DNA of 43,072 bases from Trichodelitschia bisporula (Eukaryota), in the NCBI GenBank assembly GCA_010356995.1, contig ML996699.1, forward strand, positions 278,323-321,394, read 5' to 3'. The notes beneath the pieces are model-generated. The model saw only the letters and a program-made list of their open reading frames with translations. It was not told where the DNA came from and searched no databases. Below, one piece after another: positions 10,801-22,639 of the stretch. The position numbers were made by a program, and so were the translations under genes. The stretch's first letter is position 1; each line of letters starts with the position of its first letter.

Positions 10801-13800
10801 CCCGCAGCCCCGGGATCCGTGGCGGCGGTTTGGGTGCGCCCGAGGGAGTGGATGGGGGAGGAGAAGGGGGGGTTGTCGTCAACGAGGGAGATGGAGGGGA
10901 GAAGCGTGGACGGATAGTGAAGATCGTGAGGGCGCGTCCCCGGATTGCGAGCCGGGTAAATGATGGTTGTCCCCGCCCGATCGGGCCGCGCTGCTAACCC
11001 GGCGCGCGCATCCCCTCTCTCCCGAGATGCAACGCTCGCTCCACGCTAGCAGTGTCTCTCCCTATCGTACGCGATGCGCTGGCAGTCTGCCCTCACATGC
11101 CCGGCCTGCCGGACAGATATCCCGGCGCGAAAGCCGTCTGCTGACGGGTGTAGAATGCACGCTCCGGACGCCTTGCCTCCGTTACCAAATTCTGGCATCA
11201 TGGCGAAGGGGAGAGGGCTTGATGGTGCGGCGCCGATGGCGTGCGGCGGCGTTGTGGTTCTGACTAGGAAACCCGAACGTCGGTCCGAGGTTCCTGGTTT
11301 TCTCTTTGCCTTTCTGGATGCGCCGCTAGGCGGTGCTGCGAGGTTGTTTCGGGGACCTGGTTACCGGTACCCCGGATTGACTCTTCTTCTCCACCTTGGA
11401 CTGGTAGCCATGGTGATGGCTTATCGCCAAACTACCTGGTAGAGACACAATGACGTTGCGAACGTCATTCGAGCAGATGGCCGACCTGAAACCATGGCCT
11501 CATCTAAGTACCTACCATACTGGTACGCGAACTAAGTTTGATATTGATGTCTGGGTGCAAGACACACCATCACAATGTCCTTGAATAATGCAGCTTTTAA
11601 GATGCGGTCGACACGAATTAGGCCAATATTTATGTCAACTCGTCACTGCTTCTGATTGGATCTTTTGCTGAAGCTATGGAGGGATGAAAACTTACTGAGG
11701 ATGCAGCTAGCCGAAGACATTGATATCGTCTGAATCGTGAACAGATATTATCCACACCCCTCCATAGCCCAACCCCCTACCATCGCATAAATCTCTCAAC
11801 CTGCATGTCTCCAGCATGGAGTCTGCCCCTCTCGATCCCTAGACCCTCAACGTCGCGTATAAACCCTCCCGCAGCTTCATGATGCATCTCTCATGCACCA
11901 CCCCGCCCACCTATGCCGTACCCCACGGGGTTGTTCCCCCACATCACCGCACCGCATCTACAACATCCGCCCTTGTCTAGGAGTCCTGTTAGAGACAGGC
12001 GCGCGGCTGCGGGCGCGGCGGTGCGGCACCGATGTCACTGGCGCCCGGACGGGCGTGTCTGTCTCTCACCATTTGTGACGGTCAGTTTCTCTGGTTTGTG
12101 ATGGAGGACATTGGAAACTCTGGGGGCGCGGATACATGCCGTGCAACAGCACCCCTCCCTCCCTCGGCTCCCCCCCGGCGGGACGCAATGACGAGGGGGC
12201 GCGGAAAGAGTAAGTTGTGGACGCGGCGAGTTCGCGGGCCGTAGTGGTGCCCGTGGTGGAGGGAGCGGTGCTGTGTGGTCGTGTTTGAGGGCGAGGTCGG
12301 CATCGCACAGATCGGGACGGGCGGTTGGTTGCGTTTTTCCGCCGCAGCTGCACCGCCTTCGTGCGCGGCTGGAGGATGGTGTGTGAGGTCGGACACGTTT
12401 GTCGCGATCGGCAGGGCGAGTGTGGCGAGAAGGGAGAGGTCGTCGGCGTCCAGAAATAGCGTGCAGCACCAGATCCCCTCCCTCGCGGAAAATTCCTCGT
12501 CGCGATACCCAGACGTCCTTCGATCCCCTCCCCTCCCCTAGACACAGCGCAAGGCCTTTGTCCGAAGCATATCACGACAGCCCGCTCGCCGCGCACAACG
12601 TGCAACACCGGCCGGGCCCTCATCTCCACCCAGCATCGCGCATCCATTATCAACGAACCGGACGTGCCGTCTCCAGGCCCACCATCGGCCAGCAAAGTGT
12701 TCCCCACCCCAGGGCCAGCTGATGCGATCGTATATGCAGAGGTACGCGCGCACAACCATAATAGCCAATTATGGCGGGGCGCCGGGCAGGCTCGAAGCTC
12801 GCTCGCGCTTCTGACGCCAACCTCCAGCCTCAGCCTCCTTCCGATTACCATCTCCAGCCTTGTCACTCCCCGCCGAGTGCTGCCCAATACCTTCTATCCT
12901 AAGCCTCTTGAAGGTAGCCCTCGGTGAAAGCTGCCCCCCCGTGACATCCCCGCGGCCCACCAGGCAACCGCGGCCCAGCCGCCCCCGCAAAGCCCCACGT
13001 GAGGCGCGCAGGTGGCGGTGCACGCTCCGACTAAGAACCCCATATTTGAGGCGGTAGCGAGATGCGTGGCGAGCTGGAATCTGGAATCTGAGACAACCGT
13101 CCCGCGTCACGTTCGAGACTCGAGATTCGAGACTCTGCCGAGATGCGCGAATGGCTAGAGTAAGCGCAACCTCAGACGATTTCGAAGCGGGGTGTGCAAG
13201 CGGGGTGTGTCTAGCCCCGGGCTGGGCGTGTGGGGTAAGGAGTCTAGGCGGCTTAGGGTGGGGTGGACGCGACGTCCGTGGGGCGGGTACGTATCGTAGC
13301 GTGGTGCTGGGTCGTTTGTCTGCTACGGCTGGGGATCAGGTGGTTCGCGGCGATAATTGCACCTCTTTACTACTGTACGAGTACCGTATTGCGGTGCGGA
13401 GACTCGAACTGAAGCCCAAGTTCGGTTGCCCCCCTCGGCGCCTCCACACCCAAGGGGCCCGCCCCGCCGCGGTACCGAACCGTACCGTGCATCCTGTGTT
13501 TAGCGGTAGTGTTGATTGCGGTCACACGCGGTGTAGATTGGCAGTGCGTGCGATCGTGCGCGCCGTGCTGGTACGTGGTAGCGAGTAGACAGCGAGGAGC
13601 GCGGGGGGGGTCATCTGCCCCTCTTCTTTCGCGGCGGACGGACCGGGGGTGCAAGGCTACGGGTGCGATCTGCTAGATCGGCGAGGGGGGGTGGGGGGGG
13701 ATGCGGAGGAGCACGGGACGCTGGGGGTGGGGATGGGATGCTACTATGTTGGTATGGTGCTGTGATGGCGGGGTTGAGGCTGCCTGGGGTTGCGATGCGA

Positions 13801-15490
13801 CCTGTAAGCAGCTCAAGCCTGCCGGCTGGCCTCCAGGCAGCAAACGACGATGGGGCTCATGATTGCGTGCGTCGCGGCGGAGGGCGAGGAGGGCGCGCAG
13901 GGGGCTAAATGTACAACGCATGAAACACGAGCGGGTGTCGAGCGGAGCGAGGGACGGTGATAATGTCGCACATGATGGGTGGTGGGCGGCGTGATTCGGC
14001 GGGGTGCGAAAGGGGATGGCGACGGATGACCGCGAGGCCAAATGTCGAGGCTGAGGGGAGGAATGAAGGAGCGAGAGATGGAGAGAGGGAATGAGAGATG
14101 ACGACGGCGGTTGTATGGCATTGACGGGTTGTTGCGCTTGGTACCTGGATCGAGTACCCGGTCGCGGAATGGAATATTGAGGTCATGCCATGTACGGAGC
14201 GAGTATGACGGGATCCTGTTCCGCCTCCTCCCTCCTCCATCTCCATCTCCGTGTGCCGGCCACGTTTTCTCGAAGTTCCGAAGGAAAAGCCAAAATAACA
14301 GCCGCAAACGATGGGGGGCGAGTCGGTTGGAAGGCCTGACTCGGGAAAGTCCACCATAGTCTTGACTCTCATCACGTTGTCGCTCGAAGGAGCAGTTGGG
14401 CGTGTCTTATCCTGGCATCCCTCACACTCAAGCTGCTGTTTCAAGTTGCACCCCACGACTCCACCGATCCCTTACCCCAGGATTTCGCTTCGGTGAGAGG
14501 AGCGAAAGGGCGAGGTCACGTTCGCTGAGGCGGCTGCGGCCGAACGGCCCGCCTGGGACGCGTACCGGTCCGCGAGCAGGAAGTTGAAGTTGCGAAGGGA
14601 ACGAGTAGTGGAGGAGATGGAGTCTGGCTTGTCAGCCTCCCAGCCAGCCATGGCCAGCAACTAACGTCACTGATGCCGGCGCCTGTGCCACTCCTGCAAC
14701 CGGGCGGGTCAAGCCCCACGATCCTCGAGCGTTGACTTGCCAGCGTTTCCACAAGGATACCTCATACAAGTACCTAATGTGAATTTTCCTCCGAAGAGCG
14801 CACGAATGGCGGCACGACTTCGTAGGGCCGAGCAGGGCGGAGGCAGAGACCAGGTACAGGGCTGCCGGTCACTTGCTACGAGTACTACGTAAGTCCAACG
14901 GACGCGACGATTCGAGTGCTCCAAAACTCGACGTGTAGGAAAGGCAGTCAGCAGTTCACTTTGGAGACGTGAAGGACTACATCCGTACTGAAGAGTTGTT
15001 GGCTGGAGTACTCCGAAGTGCAGCGCACAGCCCCTTCCCCCGGTCGCATCGCCATCGACACATCGACAATGAGCGCATTGGCCCCGGCATCATCATCGGC
15101 ACGCGCACGATGGGGCAAAAGAGTGATAGCAACACCTCGGACCGGTCGAAGTTGAGCAGTAATGAATGCGTTGCTGCTCTTTCCCAAAAAGAGGAAGAAG
15201 CAAGTCGCTACGTGTATCGGGGAGAGTCAAACGAGGGCACGAGGCAGCCGCTCACCGCTTCGTGGCAGATGGGAGTCGCGTCCATGTGACCGGCTAGTCC
15301 GTTCGCAGCTTCGCCCATGGCGTCAACAAAACAGAAGCTGCGATAGGATAGGGAGGAGGGCAGGTTTGCCTCTGCCCAGCAAGGAGTCGCCGAACCCGTC
15401 GCCGGTACCGTAACTACCGTACTCCAAAACTGTGGAAAGAGTCAAGTGTTCCGACGATGCGAGATGCGAGAAGGTAAGGCGGAACAGATA

Positions 15491-15517
15491 GCCGTGAGCC
15501 GTGAGCCGTGAGCCGTG
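15491..15517. repeat. Tandem (GCCGTGA)x~4
   Basis: gccgtga gccgtga gccgtga gccgtg. Confidence 0.85.
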
Positions 15518-18391
15518 TGGATCGTGAATCGGCGACGGGTCTGAGTTTGTGGCAAAAGTTACCCCAGACTTTCCCCCTCATTCCCCAGCAAGTTCTGACT
15601 CGGGCCAGCGCGCCGACGAGGCTGTGGCTGAAATACCTTATGGCTCCTCCACGCCGAGCGGCGTAGCCCCACGAGATGATCCCCCTTGAGGGTCAATTTG
15701 GGGCTTTAATTCTCTTCCCCTTGACCAACGACGGGAGATCTCTCCACATCCCTCGGCAGATTGGGCGATTTACCTGCGTCCGGGTGATTGGGGTTAAAGA
15801 GAGTGATGACAGGCCTGGACTCTCCGGACAGCCCGGCTAGCTCTTAGTCCAGTCACGTTATCGCCGTAAGCAGGTCGAGATTCTCACTCACGCTCAGGTC
15901 CGAAAATGGCCGATCTCCGCTACCCATCCGGCACTAGGAGGTGCTATTGCTCGACCAGCCATTGCACTGGAATGGAATGCGCTCAGCGTGTGCATCGCCG
16001 CAGCCACATGTCGTGAGAAATTGGACGACAACGAAAAGTCGCGGAGATGAGAAAAGCGGCGTAGCAAAAGACCCGAGCCGTGCGCTGACTCGAGCTTTCC
16101 TTCCTCGCGTCTTCTGGAAAAATGCGAAGATATTCCGTCCTATTTTTCTGGTGGGGGATAGATAGGTTTTTTTAGGCCGGTGGAGACCGAGCTTCGTCGT
16201 GTTCAATGGGGACCTCCCACAACTCGCACTTCGTTCTTCGCCTCCCCCACCAACCCCCGGTCAGAAGCGTGCTCGTGATCTGCTACGTACTATCGCCCAC
16301 GCCAACAACCCACGTCCTCCCCCCCCCCGCCGGCCCCAAAAGCCCCACGAAATGGGACGCCTTGGCCGGATTCCCCACCCTCCAAGCCCAAAAGCCCCAA
16401 GCTCGAGCCCAATCCGGCCTCCCGACAGCCCCGAGCACCACGCGACGGTCCCTGGCGCAGACCAGCGAGAAATGGGTGTAGTGGATGGTCGAGGTTACTT
16501 GGTGGTTGACGAGAATGTGAAGCTAGCAAGAAAAGACGGACCGTAAGAGCAGTCGCGGGAGAAAAAGGGTGCAAGAAGGGGATGTGCGGTGCGCGTCGCG
16601 AGTGACATGCCGCAGCCGCTCGCGGGGAATATGTGACCGTTAGGTTGGGGGGTGAATGGGTATTGGCAGTTGCTGTGATGGGGTTTGAATGGAGTTTGGG
16701 GCTGGATGAGAATGTAAAGGAGGCCGGGTGACGACCTAGAAGACGAGAACGTGGGGAGCAAGCGCGAAATGATGGAGAGGTGCTATCACAGTGAGGGGGG
16801 AATGCGCGATTGTGACTGGACAGCGAGTTGGCGGGCGGTAAAAAAGTACTTGATCGTGAGTGGCCGGAAACGGGGGTCGGGATGTCGCGCAATGTGACGA
16901 GCCTTTTCGTCTCTCGGCTTGGGTTTCTTATTCGGAGCTTCAAAAGCGACGAGCGATGAGCGATGAGCGAGGGATAGCAGAGAGGGCGCGAAAATCTGAC
17001 CTCAACCCTTTACTCCGCCGCCAGCGCCAGCAAGTACGCGGCCGAGACAGTACGGGCGACAACAGTCTCCCATCCCCCCGCTCGCAACAACGGGGCGGTG
17101 TTGCTTGCGGCGCTGACGGTGCCTGTGGAGTGCGGGAGCTGGCAGCTGGGCATAGTGACGACCTGGCGAGCTGGCCACAGCTTCAACTTCAACTTCCAGC
17201 AGTTGTAGATTGACCATAGTGAAGTGGTGAACCGAGGAGACGTCAAGACAGAGAGAGACCAACATCAACCGGCGTTACATTGAGCCACACATTCCCTGTC
17301 GAGTACCAACAAGCAACAAGCCAGTAAGCTAGTTAGGCCAGGGCGAGAGAGAAGACTCTTTGAAGTCAGTAGACCAGCGAGGGGACCGGGGCCTGTCCTC
17401 TCTTGCCTTCTCGTGCTCTTCTTGCCCTCCTGCCCTTCTTTTTTGGGCACGATTTCGGCTCCGTTTTGGGGCCATTTGGTCAGTCTGTTGACCCGAAAAC
17501 CCTTGCCGTTGCCTACGCGATGCATTTCCTAGTGAGTTTGGTGACTCCCGTGACTCTGGTGCCCTCCGGTGACCTGAGTGACTTTGTATGGCCGAAATGC
17601 GCAACGTAATCGGATATCGAAGCGAGCGTCTCGAGCCTACGATACCTTTATACATCGGTGGCTTGGTCATCTCCAGAGCCGTTGGCCAGTCAATTCGTAC
17701 GAAGGTAGTATGCCAAATGTAAAGCATCCAGTCCAGATCCAGAGTCCAGACGAGTGAGAGGAGGTATCGTGCGTGTCTAGGTCCTTTCATCCATGAATGG
17801 AGAATGCATCCTCCCATCAGTAAACGTGAACTAGTCGAACTAGTTATCGATCCCAGTCACTTTTGCTCACAGTCTCTTCTCTTCCTCTCCTCTCAATCCT
17901 ATCGGTACCCAGCTCACGCTTCCCCGCCCCCCATGTCACCCACCATATCGTCCTTGAATAAGCGCACACCAGCCTTCCCGTTAACCATCATCGCCCACTT
18001 GCCACCACCCCCCCCCTCAGAGCACACCCCCCCTCAGAGCACACCCCCCTGCCTCTCATTCCCTCCCTCCACCCCCCCATCTCCTCTCTCCCCCTACCAC
18101 CCACCCACGACCATCACTCCCAGTCAAGGGCCTGTGCGCAAACGTCTCTTTTTGCAGTGCGGCCGTGCCAGTCCCACACAGCTGGTCCGGGGGCCTTTGT
18201 GCTGAGGTTGACCTGGTGTCTGACAAAAGCAGCCAGTTCTCCCTCCTGCCGGATTTAATGTAGCAGCCCTCCCCACCACGCACAACCAACAACCCACACC
18301 CACACACCACGCAACATATCCACATCCTATCCCACCTAGGACCAAATTCTCCCAGGCACAAACCACCTCTCATCCCACCACCAACCAACAC

Positions 18392-18583
18392 ATGTCCCTA
18401 TCGCCCATCGCATCCCTTCAAACAACTCCCACGAGTGTGAAGGACATTGAAGAGGAATCCCGCCTTATACCCACGCTCGCTACCGCAAGCTCCGGAAATC
18501 TCTTCACCATCCAGAGGGTCTACCCCACAGACTTCTCTGTCCTCCCTTCTACCCCACAACACGATAGGTGTACCGGCTTTTGA
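18392..18583 (+). CDS. Candidate upstream ORF / small protein (63 aa) in the leader of the Mks1-like gene
   Basis: The ATG follows a CA-rich, leader-like tract (ccaccaaccaacacATG) downstream of a CT-rich core-promoter-like region (~17870-18120). The peptide MSLSPIASLQTTPTSVKDIEEESRLIPT...FTIQRVYPTDF is not low-complexity. Confidence 0.45.
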   Translation: MSLSPIASLQTTPTSVKDIEEESRLIPTLATASSGNLFTIQRVYPTDFSVLPSTPQHDRCTGF

Positions 18584-18938
18584 CCAGGGAACACGCAACC
18601 ACTCCGCACTCCCGCATCCGATCCGAGCCGTCCGAACACTTCCTTCGTCCCATATAGCAGGCCGAAGTACCGGTGGGTATATGCCAATCCTCATATCCGC
18701 ACTGTGGCAGCTTTACACATGATTACGCGATTCTTCTCCGCCTGTCCAGACCTTAGAACGCTCTGCGCGCGTGGCTGATCGAGAATCTCGTCTTCACACC
18801 CTACCCGAACCTCCTCCCCGCCGATCTCTGACGCAACCCTTCTCCACGCCTTCCATCTCCACCCGATTCCGATTTCCTCCTCTCCTCTCCCTACCCTCCC
18901 ATCCTCAACTCATTCGCCCAACCTCAACACCACAAACG

Positions 18939-20656
18939 ATGCCATTCAGTTCACAAAATCCACTGCTCAATTTGGAGTGCGGTGCACTCCATTCTATTGA
19001 CACTGGCAACGTTATGAGCTTGCACGGCATGTGGTCAGGTACGTCGATATCAATCTTTGCAGTGTTTTGTCTGCTTGCGCGGCATGCGGTGGCTGGAACG
19101 TTCGGCTAACACCCTCCCCCACAGTTTTCCGCCAGTGCTCTGAGACATTGGAAGACGGCAAACGTCTCGAGAACTTGAGTTGGAGAATATATAGCCGCGA
19201 GACCTTCTGCTGCGCACAAGATCCGCCATCAACCCAGCGAGGGCTCGACTTTGCCGCGCGGCGGCGTAGAGAATCACCCACCCCGCTTCCAGCTCTTTCG
19301 TCCAGTGCGAGTTCTGCTTCGTCCGTCGACAGCGACATTGAGGCGTCGCGGTGTCCGACATCGGCGCGTCCTGAGCTGGTGCGCAACAATTCCTCCGAGA
19401 AGGGCTTCCGCCGGGAGAAGCACATCACTCCGATCGACCTTGAGAAGATAGTCACTTCCATCAGACAGAAGCAGGACCTGAAGAGCCCGATTTCGCCTCT
19501 TCCTGCATCTCTCACCCCGCCTTCTGCGACCGAAAGCAAGCCTGCCGCCACCCACACCGCCCCAGCAGAACACAGACCCGCCTCTCCCTCCTTCTCTCAG
19601 CCAACGCACCTGCACGATTCTGCCTCCACCATCGCAACTGCCGCCAGCGATATGTCCGACATGAGTCCCCGCGGGGATTTGAAGAACACCCCAGCAACAA
19701 CTGTTAGCTCGACTAGCATTGTGCGCGGTTTTTCAAGGGAACAGATCTCCAAGTCGTTTCGTGTCCCCGTCATGCAATCCACCATTCCGCTTCCCTCGTC
19801 GCTCAAGAGCGATCGGCCGCACCCCCCCCCCGCCTTCCAAAAGAAAAAGTCCACAAAGTTCTTTCTTGGCGGTTCTTCCGGCGAGCACGGTGCAAGCAGC
19901 TCTGTTGACTCAGAGTATCTTCCCCGCAGCTCCATCCCCGACCGCCTGCGACCTACAAAAAAGACAACGTCCTTCAGCAACAAAGTTTCGTTAATCACCA
20001 AACCCTACGATAGCGACAGCGTTTTCGAAGATTCCGACGAAGAGGAAGAGGAGGAACAATCGGAGAGCGCCATCGAAGAAGACATGGACGAGTGGGTTGA
20101 CGACGACGAGGAGGAGAGCTCGGGCATTCCCGATGAGAGGGAAATGTTCCAACGCGTCGACTCGAAGCCTAACCTGGTCTCCCGCCCTTCTTTGCTCACG
20201 ACCCTGATGCATGAGAAGGATCGCGCCGCCGCGATGCAAAACGTGGCAGCGCGCGCTCCTCCCATCCGCCGCTCCCGGACCACCTCTCCCAACGGCCCTC
20301 TCGTATCGTCTTCTCAGAAGCCACCCCAGGATCCTCGCGCGCGTCCTATCATCCAGACGACCTCCAATGGACTCGCACCTCCCACTCTCTCCCCTCGCAC
20401 GACGCGCCGCAACATGCTCTCCATGGAGTTGACCGAGTCTCTGCGCAAGAACCTGCTGTGGGAGCGGCAGGTGCGCAGCTCCACGGCCAACGCCGCACTC
20501 AAGCGCCGCCACACCTCCAACGACGTCAAGAATCTCCAGCACTACCCTGGTGAGCCGGCGCCCTTCATTGCGTCGCGCACCGAACCCAAAAACAACTCCT
20601 CTTGGAACGACTACTTCGACAATGGGTTACAGGAATATCATCAAAAAGGATGGTAG
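18939..20656 (+). CDS. DUF1752 + DUF3295 domain protein (Mks1-like nutrient/RTG/TOR-related regulator), 543 aa; exons 18939-19038 and 19125-20656
   Basis: Intron 19039-19124 (GTACGT..GCTAAC..CAG) gives MWSVFRQCSETLEDGKRLENLSWR (DUF1752 motif). The C-terminus has SPRTTRRNMLSMELTESLRKNLLWER and YHQKGW* (DUF3295). Confidence 0.85.
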
Positions 20657-21826
20657 ACAAAAATCTTAGCGCTCTTACGGCCAGCCTGTGCGCAGGCTCT
20701 CAATGAAACCATTTTCGGCACTCTGCGGCTTTTGAAAGGGGCGTATTGGGCACTCTGAACTTCGACTTCACTTTTTACTGCAGCGGTGTTCTATCTGCGC
20801 TTCGTGCTTCTTGAACGACAACCGGGCGGATAAATTTGCTCTGGACTTTTCTCTCGAGATACCACTTTGTGTTTTTCCTGATCATTCGATGAACGACACT
20901 TTAACGAATTTCTTTTCTCTGCATTCTTGTGTTGCTTGCACACCCCCGTGGAGTCCCGAGCTTTGGGGCGCGGTGGGGCAGCACACTATGGACACACTAC
21001 GGTACACGGCATTAATCAACCATACATCATCATTTGTCTCTGCGGACAGAGACGGATCCCGGCCACTTCACATGTCCAGAACGGACCCGCTGTACCAACA
21101 CGGAAATCGCCAAGCGCCCTCGCTCTCCCTCTCTCCCACCTACTCTTCCTCGTCACCCTTTCTCTCTTCCAACCCACAACTACGACTACCCTGTACTTTT
21201 ATCCTTCGAGGCGCACAACTTAATTGGAGATGGCGGGTTGGTTTCTTTTTTTTGCGGGACCGCTATGGGTGGGCTTATTAGAGTCGGACTACGCGGTCAT
21301 CTGGTATTTGCATGGCATGGATTGACTTTGATGGTCATGGGCGGCGGGCGGCGGTTAAGGTCATGCATTTTGAGGGTTCTCTGTTACATGGGCGGCGCGT
21401 TGGGGCTTCGCTACGAAGGGTAGCTCGGACATGGCGCTTTGTATCAATGAGGGCGGCAGGGGACGGTGACGCTGCGCTGGTCTTTGTAGATGGCTGTTCT
21501 CGAGCCGGTTTATTCGTGTCTTGTGGTTGTTTGCGAGACATGGGACTGTGAGGGAGATGATCAATGCAATACTGTTAAGAAGTCTTAAGCTTGTGATGGG
21601 ATGTGGTTTTGCTTGTGATTGCGCAAGTGACATGACTCTGATAGCGGTCAGGTCAGCGAAGGGTTGCTCCTTCCTTGCGCGCGTCTGACTGAGCGCTGAT
21701 GCAGACGCACATGCCAATTTCAATCTGGCCCCTTCTTTCCCCCGCTGCCCGGCATCCCCCAAGTCTTGGCAAGGAGGAATCTTCAAGCTACAAGCTACAC
21801 ACACGTCTGCAGGGCGCAACCTCTCA

Positions 21827-21864
21827 GCAAGCAAGGCAAAGCAAGGTAAGGTAAAGCAAGCAAG
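21827..21864. repeat. Degenerate GCAA/GCAAG/GTAAG microsatellite
   Basis: gcaa gcaa ggcaaa gcaa ggtaa ggtaaa gcaa gcaag. Confidence 0.7.
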
Positions 21865-22613
21865 GACCACCTCACCACCACCCCTCGTGGCGGCTCAGCC
21901 CCAACCTACCACCCCTTCTTTCCTCGCATGGCCTGAGTGCAGTCTAGCTACGGCAGTGGGGCGCGCGCGTACCGTAGGGCAGCGAAGTGCGGAGCAAGGG
22001 TGGGGTAAGGGCGTTGGGGCTGGCATGTGAGAGTCGCGAGGTGGGGTAGCCCCCCTCCAGTCCTCGATGCATACGTAGTACACGTGCAGCTCTCTGGGCT
22101 AGAACTAGAGCGAGTGGAGCGGTCGCGTATTTGATATCGGCGTTCGAAGCACCGTTAACTCAGCAGCCTATGCCTTCGCCAGTATCGGCCAAAGTTTCCG
22201 AAGGTGAGAAGCCCCGCCATGAGACTGGCTGCCCTCCCACAAGCCGCATGCGCTGCATGCAGCCCCGCGGCGCGGGCGCCGGTTGGTGGGCAAGCTGTGG
22301 GTGGAGTGAGGTGGTGAATGAGGGAATGGTCAGGCGGGCCTGGACCGGTGGTGGGTGGGGTGGGAGAAGGCCGGATTTGATGGTGATGTTCGATATCAGT
22401 TCGTTGAAGCGAGATGCTCGCTGCGCTCGCTGCGCGTAAGTGGGTGCGCATATGATATCGGATAGTCGGATAGTGGGGCACGATAAAACGCGGGCCGATC
22501 GTGCCGCCGCCGGACAGGGCTGGTCGATGCCGATCCCGCGATGGAGGGCTGGACCCCGTGCTACTTATTGGGGTGGGGGAGCCGGAGGTACGCATCGTGG
22601 TGGCATGGCACGA

Positions 22614-22639
22614 CGATATCGATATCGATATCGATATCG
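22614..22639. repeat. Self-complementary (CGATAT)x4 tandem repeat
   Basis: cgatat cgatat cgatat cgatat cg. Confidence 0.85.

Noticed and set aside
9591..14460. Long overlapping ORFs such as 9591-10364 (-, 257 aa), 12066-12887 (-, 273 aa) and 13905-14456 (-)
   Set aside because: Arg/Pro/Ala/Gly-rich with no domain motifs and often non-ATG starts; expected by chance at this GC content.
14343..15715. GGGAAAGTCC (14343) and TTGGGGCTTT (~15698) resembling RNase P/MRP CR-I and CR-V
   Set aside because: The motifs are over 1.3 kb apart, do not form P4, and the other conserved regions are absent.
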